From assembly GCA_042564455.1 (NCBI GenBank), contig JBHPLC010000004.1:2270-66269 (forward strand): 64,000 nucleotides of DNA, read 5' to 3'. How positions within the stretch are numbered: the first letter of the stretch is position 1; every line of letters starts with the position of its first letter. The notes under the pieces were generated by a model. It was given only the letters and a program-made list of their open reading frames with translations, had not been told where the DNA came from and did no database searches. The translations under genes and the position numbers were made by a program. This stretch comes from Candidatus Zhuqueibacterota bacterium (GTDB taxonomy: Bacteria; SM23-31). Below are positions 1-7,937 of this stretch, piece by piece.

Positions 1-1
1 C

Positions 2-928
2 CTGTCCCAGAGATCAGATATTACAAGCCTGACCGGTTCGGAAGGTATGCCTATTGAATGGTACAATTCCGAAGATGCATATCCAATCGGTTTATCAGAA
101 GAAGATGCAATAACAGTACATTCTTATGGTGTGGATTATGACTTTATTGAAACCATGAAAATAGAAATTTTAGAAGGCAGAAGCCTGAGTTCAGAATTCT
201 CCGATGAAAACAGTTTTATCATAAATAAATCGGCAGTTGAGAATTTTCAAATGAAAGATCCTGTCGGGAAAATGTTAACTGTCGGGGATGATCAGGGAAC
301 AATAATCGGTGTGGTGAAAGATTTCCTTTTCGTTGATCTTGACGGTTCAATACCACCTTCTGTTTTTCATCTTGAAAAAGAAAATTTGAATCATCTTCTG
401 TTCGGATACGATTCCGAAGAAAGCTTCAATGATATACATGAATATCTGAAATCCGAATGGAATAATTTTGCACCGGATACACCCCTGAAATGCTCTACTC
501 TGGGTGATTATTACAACTTTTATCTTAGTCCCGTCAATACCATCATTCAAATGTTTCTGGTGATCGGCCTTATTGCTATTTTCTTCTCAGCGCTGGGATT
601 ACTGGGTCTTTCCTCATTCATTGTAGAGAGAAGAACAAAGGAAATAGGTATCAGAAAAGTACTGGGCGCATCCGTTTCAAGTATTTTATGGATACTTTCA
701 AAAGAATTCATGATACTGGTATTCTTATCCAATCTGATCGCTCTTCCTGTTGTATACATTGTCTGGCGTGAAGTAGCAAGCCTGCAATATGGATTCCTTG
801 CCGGTGTCGGTCCGGCCGACTATGCGGTCGCTGCATTACTATCAGTTATAACCGCATTACTGGCAATAATATCCCAGATGCTGAAAACTGTAAATTCCAA
901 TCCGGTTAATGCCCTAAAATATGAATAA
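2..928 (+). CDS. ABC transporter permease, FtsX/MacB type, C-terminal part (5' end outside window)
   Basis: Reading frame is open from nt 2 with no stop before the ATG at 47. C-terminal hydrophobic helix bundle with 'RRTKEIGIRKVLGAS' linker is typical of FtsX-domain permeases. Confidence 0.75.
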   Translation: MSQRSDITSLTGSEGMPIEWYNSEDAYPIGLSEEDAITVHSYGVDYDFIETMKIEILEGRSLSSEFSDENSFIINKSAVENFQMKDPVGKMLTVGDDQGTIIGVVKDFLFVDLDGSIPPSVFHLEKENLNHLLFGYDSEESFNDIHEYLKSEWNNFAPDTPLKCSTLGDYYNFYLSPVNTIIQMFLVIGLIAIFFSALGLLGLSSFIVERRTKEIGIRKVLGASVSSILWILSKEFMILVFLSNLIALPVVYIVWREVASLQYGFLAGVGPADYAVAALLSVITALLAIISQMLKTVNSNPVNALKYE

Positions 929-952
929 ATAGACTTTATACCCCCTTATAAT

Positions 953-980
953 AAAAAATGCCGGTTTAACCGGCATTTTT
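953..980. terminator. Bidirectional rho-independent terminator between convergent genes
   Basis: Stem atgccgg (958-964) / ccggcat (970-976) with loop tttaa, flanked by an A-run (953-957) and a T-run (977-980). Confidence 0.7.
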
Positions 981-2192
981 CTATTTATTGATAATATCAT
1001 AAATCTCAACAGATAATTCCGTTTTGTTTAGGACAAACAGCCTGTTTCCCTGTATGGCGAAGTACTGCTGATAACGTCCAATAAATGTATCCAGATCAAT
1101 TGAACCAAGAAATACACCGTTCTTACCAAAGATATCGAATTTATGTAGAAAATCCTCTCCTCTTCTGGAAACATCCCGGGATGTAACAACCCACATCCTC
1201 CCCTTATCATCAACATCGATTCCTCTTGAAACAGTATTATACCGCAATGCTTCTGTTTCTACCTGCTCTCCTGCATATAATGTCAAGCGGATAACCACAT
1301 CTTTTTCTGTAGTTTCCTCAAAGGGTAAAGGCCTGGATATCCTTAATATCAAATTCCCCTCAGGATCATATTTTTCTATTCTATTCTGATTCCAGAATGT
1401 AATATAAATATTATCTTCTTCATCTCTTGCGATACTGCATTTGTAACTTAACCAGTAATTCATCAGCCAGTCGTTATACTGTCTTGCTTCCCCGAATTCT
1501 TTATACAGCTTACCATCTTCTTCATAAATTCTGCAAAGTTTCTCAAGTTCAGGCGGCCTGGTATTCATCGGCGGAGGGAACGGATAAGTGGACAGTTTTA
1601 CAAATCTGCCTGAACTCAGCCTCATTACCTCCTGATATGCACCCGCATATGACGAATTCTGCGGTATGGGCATTCCAGGATCATTATACGGCAGATTCTC
1701 TAAAGAAAACCTCCTGATTTCATTACCTGACTGGTCCATAATTATCATTTTTTCGAGTCTTAAATCTTCTATATACATATTCCCTTCATTATCCAGATCA
1801 AGATAAACCGGTTCCTGGAATTCGCCTGGGCCTTCTCCGGGTCGTCCAAATTGTCTGATAAATTCACCGTCTTTGTTATATTTCCGTATACATTTATCTC
1901 CCCGGCTGAGTACATAAAAATGTCCGGAATTATCTGCAGTCAGATCCTGCACCCTATAGAAATTATAATCCAGGTTCATCTCATCTTCCCCGCCGATCGT
2001 TTTAAATAAACTCAATCCTATCTTGGGATCATCACCCCATTGTGATTCCGTATTATTTACTTCATTAAATTTTATCACCTGTGATTCAGCTGCTATTTTC
2101 CTATTATTATCCTGCAAACCAAATCTAATAAAATATAGAATAACACTTAATAAACAGATAGATAATATAATCGTAATAAGCTTTAGACGCAT
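981..2192 (-). CDS. 6-bladed NHL-like beta-propeller protein (BF3164/DUF5128-like), paralogue 1, signal-anchored
   Basis: N-terminal hydrophobic anchor. Blade signature 'FGRPGEGPGEFQEPVYLDLDNEGNMYIED', 'NRIEKYDPEGN', C-terminal 'VEIYDIINK'. Shares these motifs with four other ORFs in the window. Confidence 0.7.
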   Translation of the reverse strand: MRLKLITIILSICLLSVILYFIRFGLQDNNRKIAAESQVIKFNEVNNTESQWGDDPKIGLSLFKTIGGEDEMNLDYNFYRVQDLTADNSGHFYVLSRGDKCIRKYNKDGEFIRQFGRPGEGPGEFQEPVYLDLDNEGNMYIEDLRLEKMIIMDQSGNEIRRFSLENLPYNDPGMPIPQNSSYAGAYQEVMRLSSGRFVKLSTYPFPPPMNTRPPELEKLCRIYEEDGKLYKEFGEARQYNDWLMNYWLSYKCSIARDEEDNIYITFWNQNRIEKYDPEGNLILRISRPLPFEETTEKDVVIRLTLYAGEQVETEALRYNTVSRGIDVDDKGRMWVVTSRDVSRRGEDFLHKFDIFGKNGVFLGSIDLDTFIGRYQQYFAIQGNRLFVLNKTELSVEIYDIINK

Positions 2193-2488
2193 GATATCCT
2201 CTTTACAATTTTTTCAATATGAACATTTGGCTATTTAAATTGAAAGACTGCTCATAATCAAGTAAAACTGAAACTCCAAACTTATTTGCATAAAAATTCA
2301 AAGGCGATACAATGTAACAATCATCTGAAGAAAGTATTATAATACTGCGGAATTGATCGAAGAAATTACCAGACAATATTATAAAATATATTTTTGCAAT
2401 ATGCAACAGGAATTTTTAAAGTATTTTTACAGCAAGTTTTATAATTGTCACTTATTATACTTTAACTGGAAATCTATAAGTCAATGTA

Positions 2489-2516
2489 GAGATTCCCGCC
2501 TTCGCGGGAATGACAG
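2489..2516. repeat. Palindromic element, GAGATT-stem-loop-stem-AATGACAG family
   Basis: gagattcccgc cttc gcgggaatgacag; 8-bp stem attcccgc/gcgggaat. Confidence 0.7.
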
Positions 2517-2544
2517 AAGGAAATGCGTAATTGACTTGGTTATA

Positions 2545-2569
2545 GTAGGATAGACATTCGTGTCTGTCA
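2545..2569. repeat. Palindromic element, GTAGGACAGACATTC..TGTCTGTCA family
   Basis: gtaggatagacattcgtgtctgtca. Related copies at 35602-35647, 35668-35695 (inverted) and 53752-53777. Confidence 0.7.
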
Positions 2570-2627
2570 TCAACAGGACTGGCATTTCAGGGTACGTCTA
2601 TGGTAACATTTTTGTTTCTTCTTGATC

Positions 2628-2656
2628 TAGATTCTGAAACAAGTTCAGAATGACAG
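2628..2656. repeat. Palindromic element, (G/T)AGATT-stem-loop-stem-AATGACAG family
   Basis: tagattctgaa acaag ttcagaatgacag. Same flanks as 2489-2516 but a different, still complementary, stem. Confidence 0.65.
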
Positions 2657-2865
2657 AGGGAGGCCTGATACTAACAGGATGATTCACACCATCAATAACA
2701 ATAATACAATATTTTCGAACAATAAAACCATCAATGATCTAATTTTTTCATAAATATTTTTACATTTCCCCAAAAAAATCCTTGTTTTTTGAAACATTTT
2801 CATTATATTTGTGTATAATAGTTTGTGTTACAAACCAGTTTGTGGTAATAATCAGGAGTTTTCTT

Positions 2866-3474
2866 ATGAAAAATTTAGACTTGAAAAAAATTGAGAAAAA
2901 GGCCTTCCTTTCCGTCTCTCAGGACGGACTATTCGATATCTTTATCGGGTATATGTTCCTGGTATTGGGTGTTAGCGGTCTGACTGAAGGATGGTTCCCC
3001 TCACAGGATGCTAATTCTATCGTTTCGATGGTGTTTATGCTGTCAGGCCCTGTGTTCTTCATGCTTGCCAAAAAGTTCATAATAGCCCCACGGATAGGTG
3101 AGGTGAAGTTCGGGCAGAAACGGAAAATGGCAAGGAAAAAAGTGATAATAATCCTGGCTTTATTTATCATTATTACTTCCCTTTCTGGCAATCTGTTTAT
3201 AAACGACACTCTTCCCAACAGCCCGTTAATGAGTTCTCTTACAATGGGTGTTGTCATTTTTATTCCGCTGTCGATTGCGGCTTATTATTTCAATAACACA
3301 AGACTTTACTTCACGGCATTTTTAGCTGCACTTGTTGAAGTTATGTATAATTATGCCGGCGGATATATCGGGATCTGTATTCTCGGTTCTGTAATAATTC
3401 TTATCGGGCTGACTGTTTTTATAAATTTCCTGAAAAAGCACCCGGTTCAAAATTTAAACCAGGTAAACATATAA
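2866..3474 (+). CDS. Polytopic membrane protein, unknown function
   Basis: ATG at 2866 preceded by aggag (2854-2858); the 2782 TTG start in the track is unlikely. Several hydrophobic helices. 4-nt gap to the downstream regulator gene. Confidence 0.6.
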   Translation: MKNLDLKKIEKKAFLSVSQDGLFDIFIGYMFLVLGVSGLTEGWFPSQDANSIVSMVFMLSGPVFFMLAKKFIIAPRIGEVKFGQKRKMARKKVIIILALFIIITSLSGNLFINDTLPNSPLMSSLTMGVVIFIPLSIAAYYFNNTRLYFTAFLAALVEVMYNYAGGYIGICILGSVIILIGLTVFINFLKKHPVQNLNQVNI

Positions 3475-3478
3475 TATT

Positions 3479-3778
3479 ATGGATGAAAATAACTTTATAT
3501 CAAGTATAGATAAGATAATTCACGAACCTGCCAGATTTATTATCCTGGCGAACCTCTACGTTGTGGAAAGCATGGATTACCTTTTTCTCCTGAACGCTAC
3601 GGGATTGACAAAGGGAAACCTTACTTCCCACCTGACAAAGCTCAGTGAAGCGGAATATGTAAAGATCAACAAGGAATTCAAGGGCAATAAGCCGCATACA
3701 TGGCTGAATATCACCGAAAAAGGAAAAACCGCCCTGGATAATTACCGGAAGATCATGCAGGAAGCGGTAAAGGATTAG
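3479..3778 (+). CDS. Small winged-helix (MarR/ArsR-like) transcriptional regulator
   Basis: 99 aa. 'LLNATGLTKGNLTSHLTKLSEAEYVKINKEFKGNKPHTWLNITEKG' is an HTH plus wing pattern. Paired with the upstream membrane protein. Confidence 0.65.
   Translation: MDENNFISSIDKIIHEPARFIILANLYVVESMDYLFLLNATGLTKGNLTSHLTKLSEAEYVKINKEFKGNKPHTWLNITEKGKTALDNYRKIMQEAVKD
3647..3778 (+). repeat. Direct repeat copy A (3' end of the regulator gene), duplicated at 7938-8069
   Basis: By-eye alignment: first 67 nt identical, 10 mismatches in the remaining 65 nt (122/132). Confidence 0.9.
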
Positions 3779-3948
3779 AAATCAGTTATTTAGATTATTT
3801 AGCCGGAATAATTCAGCTTATCTTCAGTTACTTTTTAAATCAAGTGCCATTTATAACAGTCTATTTATATTTGACGCACTGCAAACCATATTATTAAAGC
3901 AAAAAAGACACACAATTGCAATAATAATATTATTATTATATATTTTTC

Positions 3949-3977
3949 TTGACATTGTTAAATTATATATTTATATT
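3949..3977 (+). promoter_or_regulatory. Sigma70-like promoter candidate (TTGACA-17-TATATT)
   Basis: ttgaca at 3949-3954, 17-nt spacer, tatatt at 3972-3977. Lies in AT-rich DNA, so a chance match is possible; about 330 nt upstream of the first cassette gene. Confidence 0.3.
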
Positions 3978-4305
3978 GATATTGATTTTAAAATAACCAT
4001 GCGGTTCCCAACCTATTTTACTTTCCTTAATATTTCCGTAATAACCTATTGGTGTTGGCATAAATAACAGAAATTCTATCTCTTGTAACAGTCTAATTGC
4101 TTGTAGTTATATTCTTTACATCCGGGAATAGTAAGTTTTTTGATCCTGCTTCGACGACTAACACTCTTGTTGTGTTTTTGTCTGTCTCATATTCTCTTTC
4201 AGAGGCTGTAGTTTAGAAATTTCAGATACCGAAATTGCAAACAGATCTTATAATATCTTTAGAGTTTAAAAAGATACAACCTATTTTTTCAAAGGATGAA
4301 TTATT

Positions 4306-4704
4306 ATGGGAATAAAATTAAAGGAAGAAAATATTAAACTAACATTACGGATTTTGTTAGGTTTTATTTTCGCTTTTTCCGGAATAGCAAAACTGTTTTC
4401 GCCGGATTTGTTAATATCGAACCTCTGGCAAATCATTCAGCATGAAACACTCGTTACATTTGCGGTATATGTATTTAGCACTATTGAAATCATATTTGGT
4501 ATGATACTCATCATTTATGACTTGCGCCCGGTTAAGGTGACTGCAGTCTGTTCACTTCTTGTCTTTATAATTTATCTATCCTATAAAGTTATAACAAATG
4601 ATCCAAATTCATGTGGTTGTATGGGTGGTGTATTGCTAATGACTCATACTCAATCACTTATACAGGATCTTTTCTATTTAAGCGTGGGGATATATATCTT
4701 ATGA
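4306..4704 (+). CDS. MauE/DoxX-family redox-associated membrane protein
   Basis: Four hydrophobic helices. DoxX/MauE-like 'LRILLGFIFAFSGIAKL' and C-terminal 'NSCGCMGG' (the CGC motif typical of MauE-like proteins). RBS aaggatga upstream. Confidence 0.6.
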   Translation: MGIKLKEENIKLTLRILLGFIFAFSGIAKLFSPDLLISNLWQIIQHETLVTFAVYVFSTIEIIFGMILIIYDLRPVKVTAVCSLLVFIIYLSYKVITNDPNSCGCMGGVLLMTHTQSLIQDLFYLSVGIYIL

Positions 4705-5255
4705 AAAAAACAGCGGCATCTATTAAATATACTTTAATTATTGCTTTGTCATCACTGATTATTATTCTTTCAATCTTCAAGGCAATTAAAAGTATAGAAT
4801 TAAAAGTGAAAAGTGATAAAAATACTGTTAAGAGAATTGACTCTTTAAAACTCTACGGGCAGCAAATACCCAAGTTTGTTTTACAGAATAATTCCAATAA
4901 AACATCCATACCGGACTCCTGTAATTTTTTTCTACTGGCTGTAAACAATTTGACTCTGGTTGATTCTTTATCAATAAATAAATTGTTTGAGAAGTATACT
5001 GCGGGTAAATACAATGTCGATCTTCTTTTAATAACATCTGATAATAAAATATTAAAAAGTTCAGACCGGGGTATGTATTTATATGATCATACAAAGTTGG
5101 AGGATTTTCTTGATCTATCGGCTGATGATAACTTTACTCTTTTGACAAGTGAAAGTGGCCGCATCGAATATTTTTACAGGGCAATTCTTGGTTATGGTAA
5201 ACTTGAGGCATTGTTAGACAGATATAACAGAAAGGACGGTTTTGATGCGAGATAG
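4701..5255 (+). CDS. Signal-anchored protein, possible TlpA/MauD-like thioredoxin fold lacking the CxxC active site
   Basis: ATGA start/stop overlap with the previous gene (4701-4704). N-terminal TM helix. 'IPKFVLQN...SCNFFLLAVNNLTLVDSLSINKLFEKYTAGKYNVDLLLITSD' follows the TlpA-type strand/helix spacing, but no WCxxC is present. Confidence 0.35.
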   Translation: MKKTAASIKYTLIIALSSLIIILSIFKAIKSIELKVKSDKNTVKRIDSLKLYGQQIPKFVLQNNSNKTSIPDSCNFFLLAVNNLTLVDSLSINKLFEKYTAGKYNVDLLLITSDNKILKSSDRGMYLYDHTKLEDFLDLSADDNFTLLTSESGRIEYFYRAILGYGKLEALLDRYNRKDGFDAR

Positions 5256-6279
5256 ATTTCATATGTTTATCTATGCGCTGATTTTTATGGTTGTATTATT
5301 TGCCGGCTGTTCAGATCAGAGTGAAGAAAAATTTGTTTTCAACAAAGATAATATTTCAAAGTTACCGGTAGATGAAAAAAGACCTTTGAAATATGTTTCT
5401 TACGAGAATCAGGATAAGATCAGGCTTTTTAATCCCGGTATATTAAAATATAATCCTTACAACAATTTAATTTATATCTGTGATACGGGAAATCACAGGA
5501 TCGTAATCGTTGATACAGAATTGAACTATGTTGGTGAGTTTGGAAGATTTGGACAGGGACCTCAAGAGTTTAACGAACCTAACGGATTGCTTTTTACCGA
5601 AAACAGGATATTTGTTTCAGATATTCAAAACAGGCGAATGCAGGTTTTTGATTATGACTATAAAAATCAGTCGAGTTTTTATTGGAATAATATTTCATAT
5701 GTTGATTTTATGTGTATTAATTCTGAAGGCAAAATTATTCATAATAATCCTAAAGATCATGTGTTTGAGGTATTGGATCTAAATGGAAATAAGATTTCAG
5801 ATTTTGGAGAATTGGTTGCCACAAAAAACAATAGATTCAAGACACCGGAAAACGAACTTCGTTATGACATTGATCCTGATGATAATGTCTTCTGCACTTT
5901 TAAGAACCACCCAATGATCAGACAATATGACAGAAATTTTAATCTGATTTATGAAAGTGACGTGAGCTATATTCCCGGAGTGATCACAAGAACAGAATTT
6001 AACAAGAAACAAACACTGGAAAATCCGGGAAGATATTATACGAAATGGCTTAATGAAAGCCTAACCGTTGATGATAATTATATCTACATTCGTTTCAAAG
6101 AAAATGGGTATCCCATATATGTGTTTGAAAAAAATACAAGTCTGCCTGTTGAGAAAATTATACTAAAACCAAAAATAGATGAATTAATCGATTATGATTT
6201 CAAATATATAACCTTCTCTCCGAATTATCTTTACACCATCGATACAATAAATTTTGAGCTATACATGTACAAAAAATAG
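5245..6279 (+). CDS. 6-bladed NHL-like beta-propeller lipoprotein, paralogue 2
   Basis: ATG at 5245 with aggacgg RBS. Lipobox 'LFAGC'. 'FGRFGQGPQEFNEPNGLLFTENRIFVSD', 'MIRQYDRNFN', C-terminal 'FELYMYKK'. Confidence 0.7.
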   Translation: MRDRFHMFIYALIFMVVLFAGCSDQSEEKFVFNKDNISKLPVDEKRPLKYVSYENQDKIRLFNPGILKYNPYNNLIYICDTGNHRIVIVDTELNYVGEFGRFGQGPQEFNEPNGLLFTENRIFVSDIQNRRMQVFDYDYKNQSSFYWNNISYVDFMCINSEGKIIHNNPKDHVFEVLDLNGNKISDFGELVATKNNRFKTPENELRYDIDPDDNVFCTFKNHPMIRQYDRNFNLIYESDVSYIPGVITRTEFNKKQTLENPGRYYTKWLNESLTVDDNYIYIRFKENGYPIYVFEKNTSLPVEKIILKPKIDELIDYDFKYITFSPNYLYTIDTINFELYMYKK

Positions 6280-6308
6280 AACTTTAAAAACAAGGAAAGG
6301 ATATTTGT

Positions 6309-6593
6309 ATGTTAAGAAAAACAGCATTGATAATGATGACAGCTGCAATGCTTTTCTCAGTTGTAAGCATTGCATTTGCCGCAGGCTGTCCAATTACTGA
6401 GTCTTGTCCTCCTGATCAGGGAGGGGGAGCAATCAATTGTTCTTGTCGTGGAGCAGGTAACTGTACCTCACATAATTGTTCTCCGGCTGCTGGAGATGGA
6501 CCTGGAGAAGGAGAGATTTGTCACGTTGTCTGTGATTGCACCGGTGAAGATGACGACAGTGAAGCCTGGTGCGACGGAGAACAGCAAAACTAA
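6309..6593 (+). CDS. Secreted cysteine-rich peptide 1 (94-aa precursor, 10 Cys in about 70-aa mature part)
   Basis: Signal peptide MLRKTALIMMTAAMLFSVVSIAFA. Mature region C-x5-C-x10-C-x-C-x5-C-x4-C-x13-C-x3-C-x-C-x10-C with an acidic tail 'GEDDDSEAWCDGEQQN'. RBS aaggaaagga. Confidence 0.7.
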   Translation: MLRKTALIMMTAAMLFSVVSIAFAAGCPITESCPPDQGGGAINCSCRGAGNCTSHNCSPAAGDGPGEGEICHVVCDCTGEDDDSEAWCDGEQQN

Positions 6594-6660
6594 TCTTTTG
6601 TGTATTATTGTACTAATAAATAACACGTTTCCATTAACCAAATTAAGAAAGGATGTTTGT

Positions 6661-6945
6661 ATGTTAAGAAAAACTGCATTGATTATGATGACAGCTGCAA
6701 TGCTCTCTATAATATCCGGCATTGCAATAGCACATTCCTGCATCATTGAAAAACCCTGCCCACCTGAACAGGGTGGTGGTGTGATACAATGCGGCTGTCC
6801 GGCGGGGGGTAGTTGTAGAGCATTTAATTGTTCTCCGGCTGCTGGAGATGGACCTGGAGAAGGAGAGATCTGTCACGTTATATGTGATTGTACAGGTGAA
6901 GATAACGACAGTGAAGCCTGGTGCGACGGAGAACCGGAAAACTAA
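6661..6945 (+). CDS. Secreted cysteine-rich peptide 2 (tandem paralogue, 94 aa)
   Basis: ATG at 6661. Same length and an identical 10-Cys spacing. The C-terminal half is nearly identical to peptide 1. Confidence 0.7.
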   Translation: MLRKTALIMMTAAMLSIISGIAIAHSCIIEKPCPPEQGGGVIQCGCPAGGSCRAFNCSPAAGDGPGEGEICHVICDCTGEDNDSEAWCDGEPEN

Positions 6946-6984
6946 TCTTTTTCCCTGTTGAATCAAAAATATCTATCATGTTGG

Positions 6985-7017
6985 ACAAGACCGAAATATA
7001 AATTATTCCGGTCTTGT
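6985..7017 (+). terminator. Weak hairpin after the peptide genes
   Basis: acaagaccg (6985-6993) pairs with cggtcttgt (7009-7017); 15-nt loop; followed by ttatatata. Confidence 0.3.
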
Positions 7018-7079
7018 TATATATAAGCTCAATATCCCGAATTACTGTCTATGACAATCATTTTTCGAAAGATAAAGTC

Positions 7080-7925
7080 ATGAAAAGGATTAACATTATA
7101 GTCTTCACTTTTGTAATTGTGGCTTTTATATTAATGATACGATGTTCCGGAAATAAAAAGGAATTTAAAAACGCATATCCTGTTTTTCCATCAAATGGTT
7201 CATTGGTTCTTGCAGGCGGTGGCCGCATTAATACTGAAATATATAAAGAGTTCGTAAAATTAGCTGGAGGAAATGAAGCTAAAATTATTATAATCCCAAG
7301 CGCCGATCCCATACAATTTCAGAAGAACAGTCTTTACGCTGAAAATGAATTCAAAAAGATTGGAGCATTAGATTTATATATACTTCATACCACTGATAAA
7401 AGTATGGCAAATTCGAATGAGTTTGTCGAAGTACTAATAGGTGCTTCCGGTGTTTGGTTTACCGGCGGCTGGGAGTGGCGGATAACAAGAACATATCTAC
7501 ATACAAAAGTCCACAAAGAACTTACGGAACTGTTGAAAAGAGGAGGTGTGATCGGCGGGAATTCTGCCGGAGCCTCAGTTTTAGGTGAATTCTTAATTTC
7601 CGACAGGCTTGAAAGTAACATCAGTGAATCTGAATGGGATTTCAATGGATTTGGATTTTTAAAAAATGCTGTAATTGATCAGCATATGAACAGAGATGAT
7701 AAATATGAAACATTTGCCGGTTATATGCGAGAATTGCCTCATTTATTTGGTATAGGTATAGATGAGAATACTGCGTTGATTATTAGTGACAATAGTATGA
7801 GAATAATTGGAGAAGATAAAGCTACGATATATAACTATTTCGCTGATTCTCTCAAAATAAAAGAGGATATTAATTATTATTTTCTCTATCCGGGAGATTT
7901 CCTGTTTTTTGACAATGTTAAATAG
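7080..7925 (+). CDS. Peptidase S51 / cyanophycinase-like (type 1 glutamine-amidotransferase-like fold), signal-anchored
   Basis: ATG at 7080 gives an N-terminal hydrophobic helix. 'LVLAGGGRI', 'IIIIPSA', 'VWFTGGW' and the nucleophile elbow 'GGNSAGASV'. Confidence 0.65.
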   Translation: MKRINIIVFTFVIVAFILMIRCSGNKKEFKNAYPVFPSNGSLVLAGGGRINTEIYKEFVKLAGGNEAKIIIIPSADPIQFQKNSLYAENEFKKIGALDLYILHTTDKSMANSNEFVEVLIGASGVWFTGGWEWRITRTYLHTKVHKELTELLKRGGVIGGNSAGASVLGEFLISDRLESNISESEWDFNGFGFLKNAVIDQHMNRDDKYETFAGYMRELPHLFGIGIDENTALIISDNSMRIIGEDKATIYNYFADSLKIKEDINYYFLYPGDFLFFDNVK

Positions 7926-7937
7926 TTAATATTAAAA

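Larger units (their letters stand above)
6297..6954 (+). repeat. Tandem duplication (period about 352 bp) carrying the two Cys-rich peptide genes
   Basis: Similarity runs from the RBS (ggatRtttgtatgttaagaaaaac) to about 8 nt past each stop (taatctttt). Confidence 0.85.
3779..7937 (+). mobile_element. Putative inserted cassette bounded by the 132-bp direct repeats; no recombinase gene present
   Basis: Flanked by 3647-3778 and 7938-8069. Begins with 527 bp of very AT-rich non-coding DNA, then six co-directional genes. Confidence 0.35.

Noticed and set aside
6440-6520. Peptide segment GDGPGEGE resembling the propeller blade motif GxGPGEF, hinting that the peptides derive from a propeller blade
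   Set aside because: Only about 5 residues match, in a low-complexity Gly/Pro/Glu context, and there is no flanking similarity. Treated as coincidence.
6370-6945. 191-aa ORF spanning both Cys-rich peptide genes
   Set aside because: It is the second peptide's frame extended upstream through the first gene in another frame. The ATG at 6661 has the same RBS and signal peptide as peptide 1, so the long form is an artefact.
6309-6945. Diversity-generating retroelement (template/variable repeat) as the explanation for the diverged halves of the twin peptides
   Set aside because: The differences are not biased to adenine positions. Both copies are complete genes with their own RBS. No reverse transcriptase is present in the window.
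3779-7937. Search for an integrase, transposase, excisionase or tRNA attachment site that would make the cassette a classical genomic island
   Set aside because: None is present in the cassette or its flanks. It is therefore reported only as a repeat-bounded insertion signature, not as a defined mobile element type.
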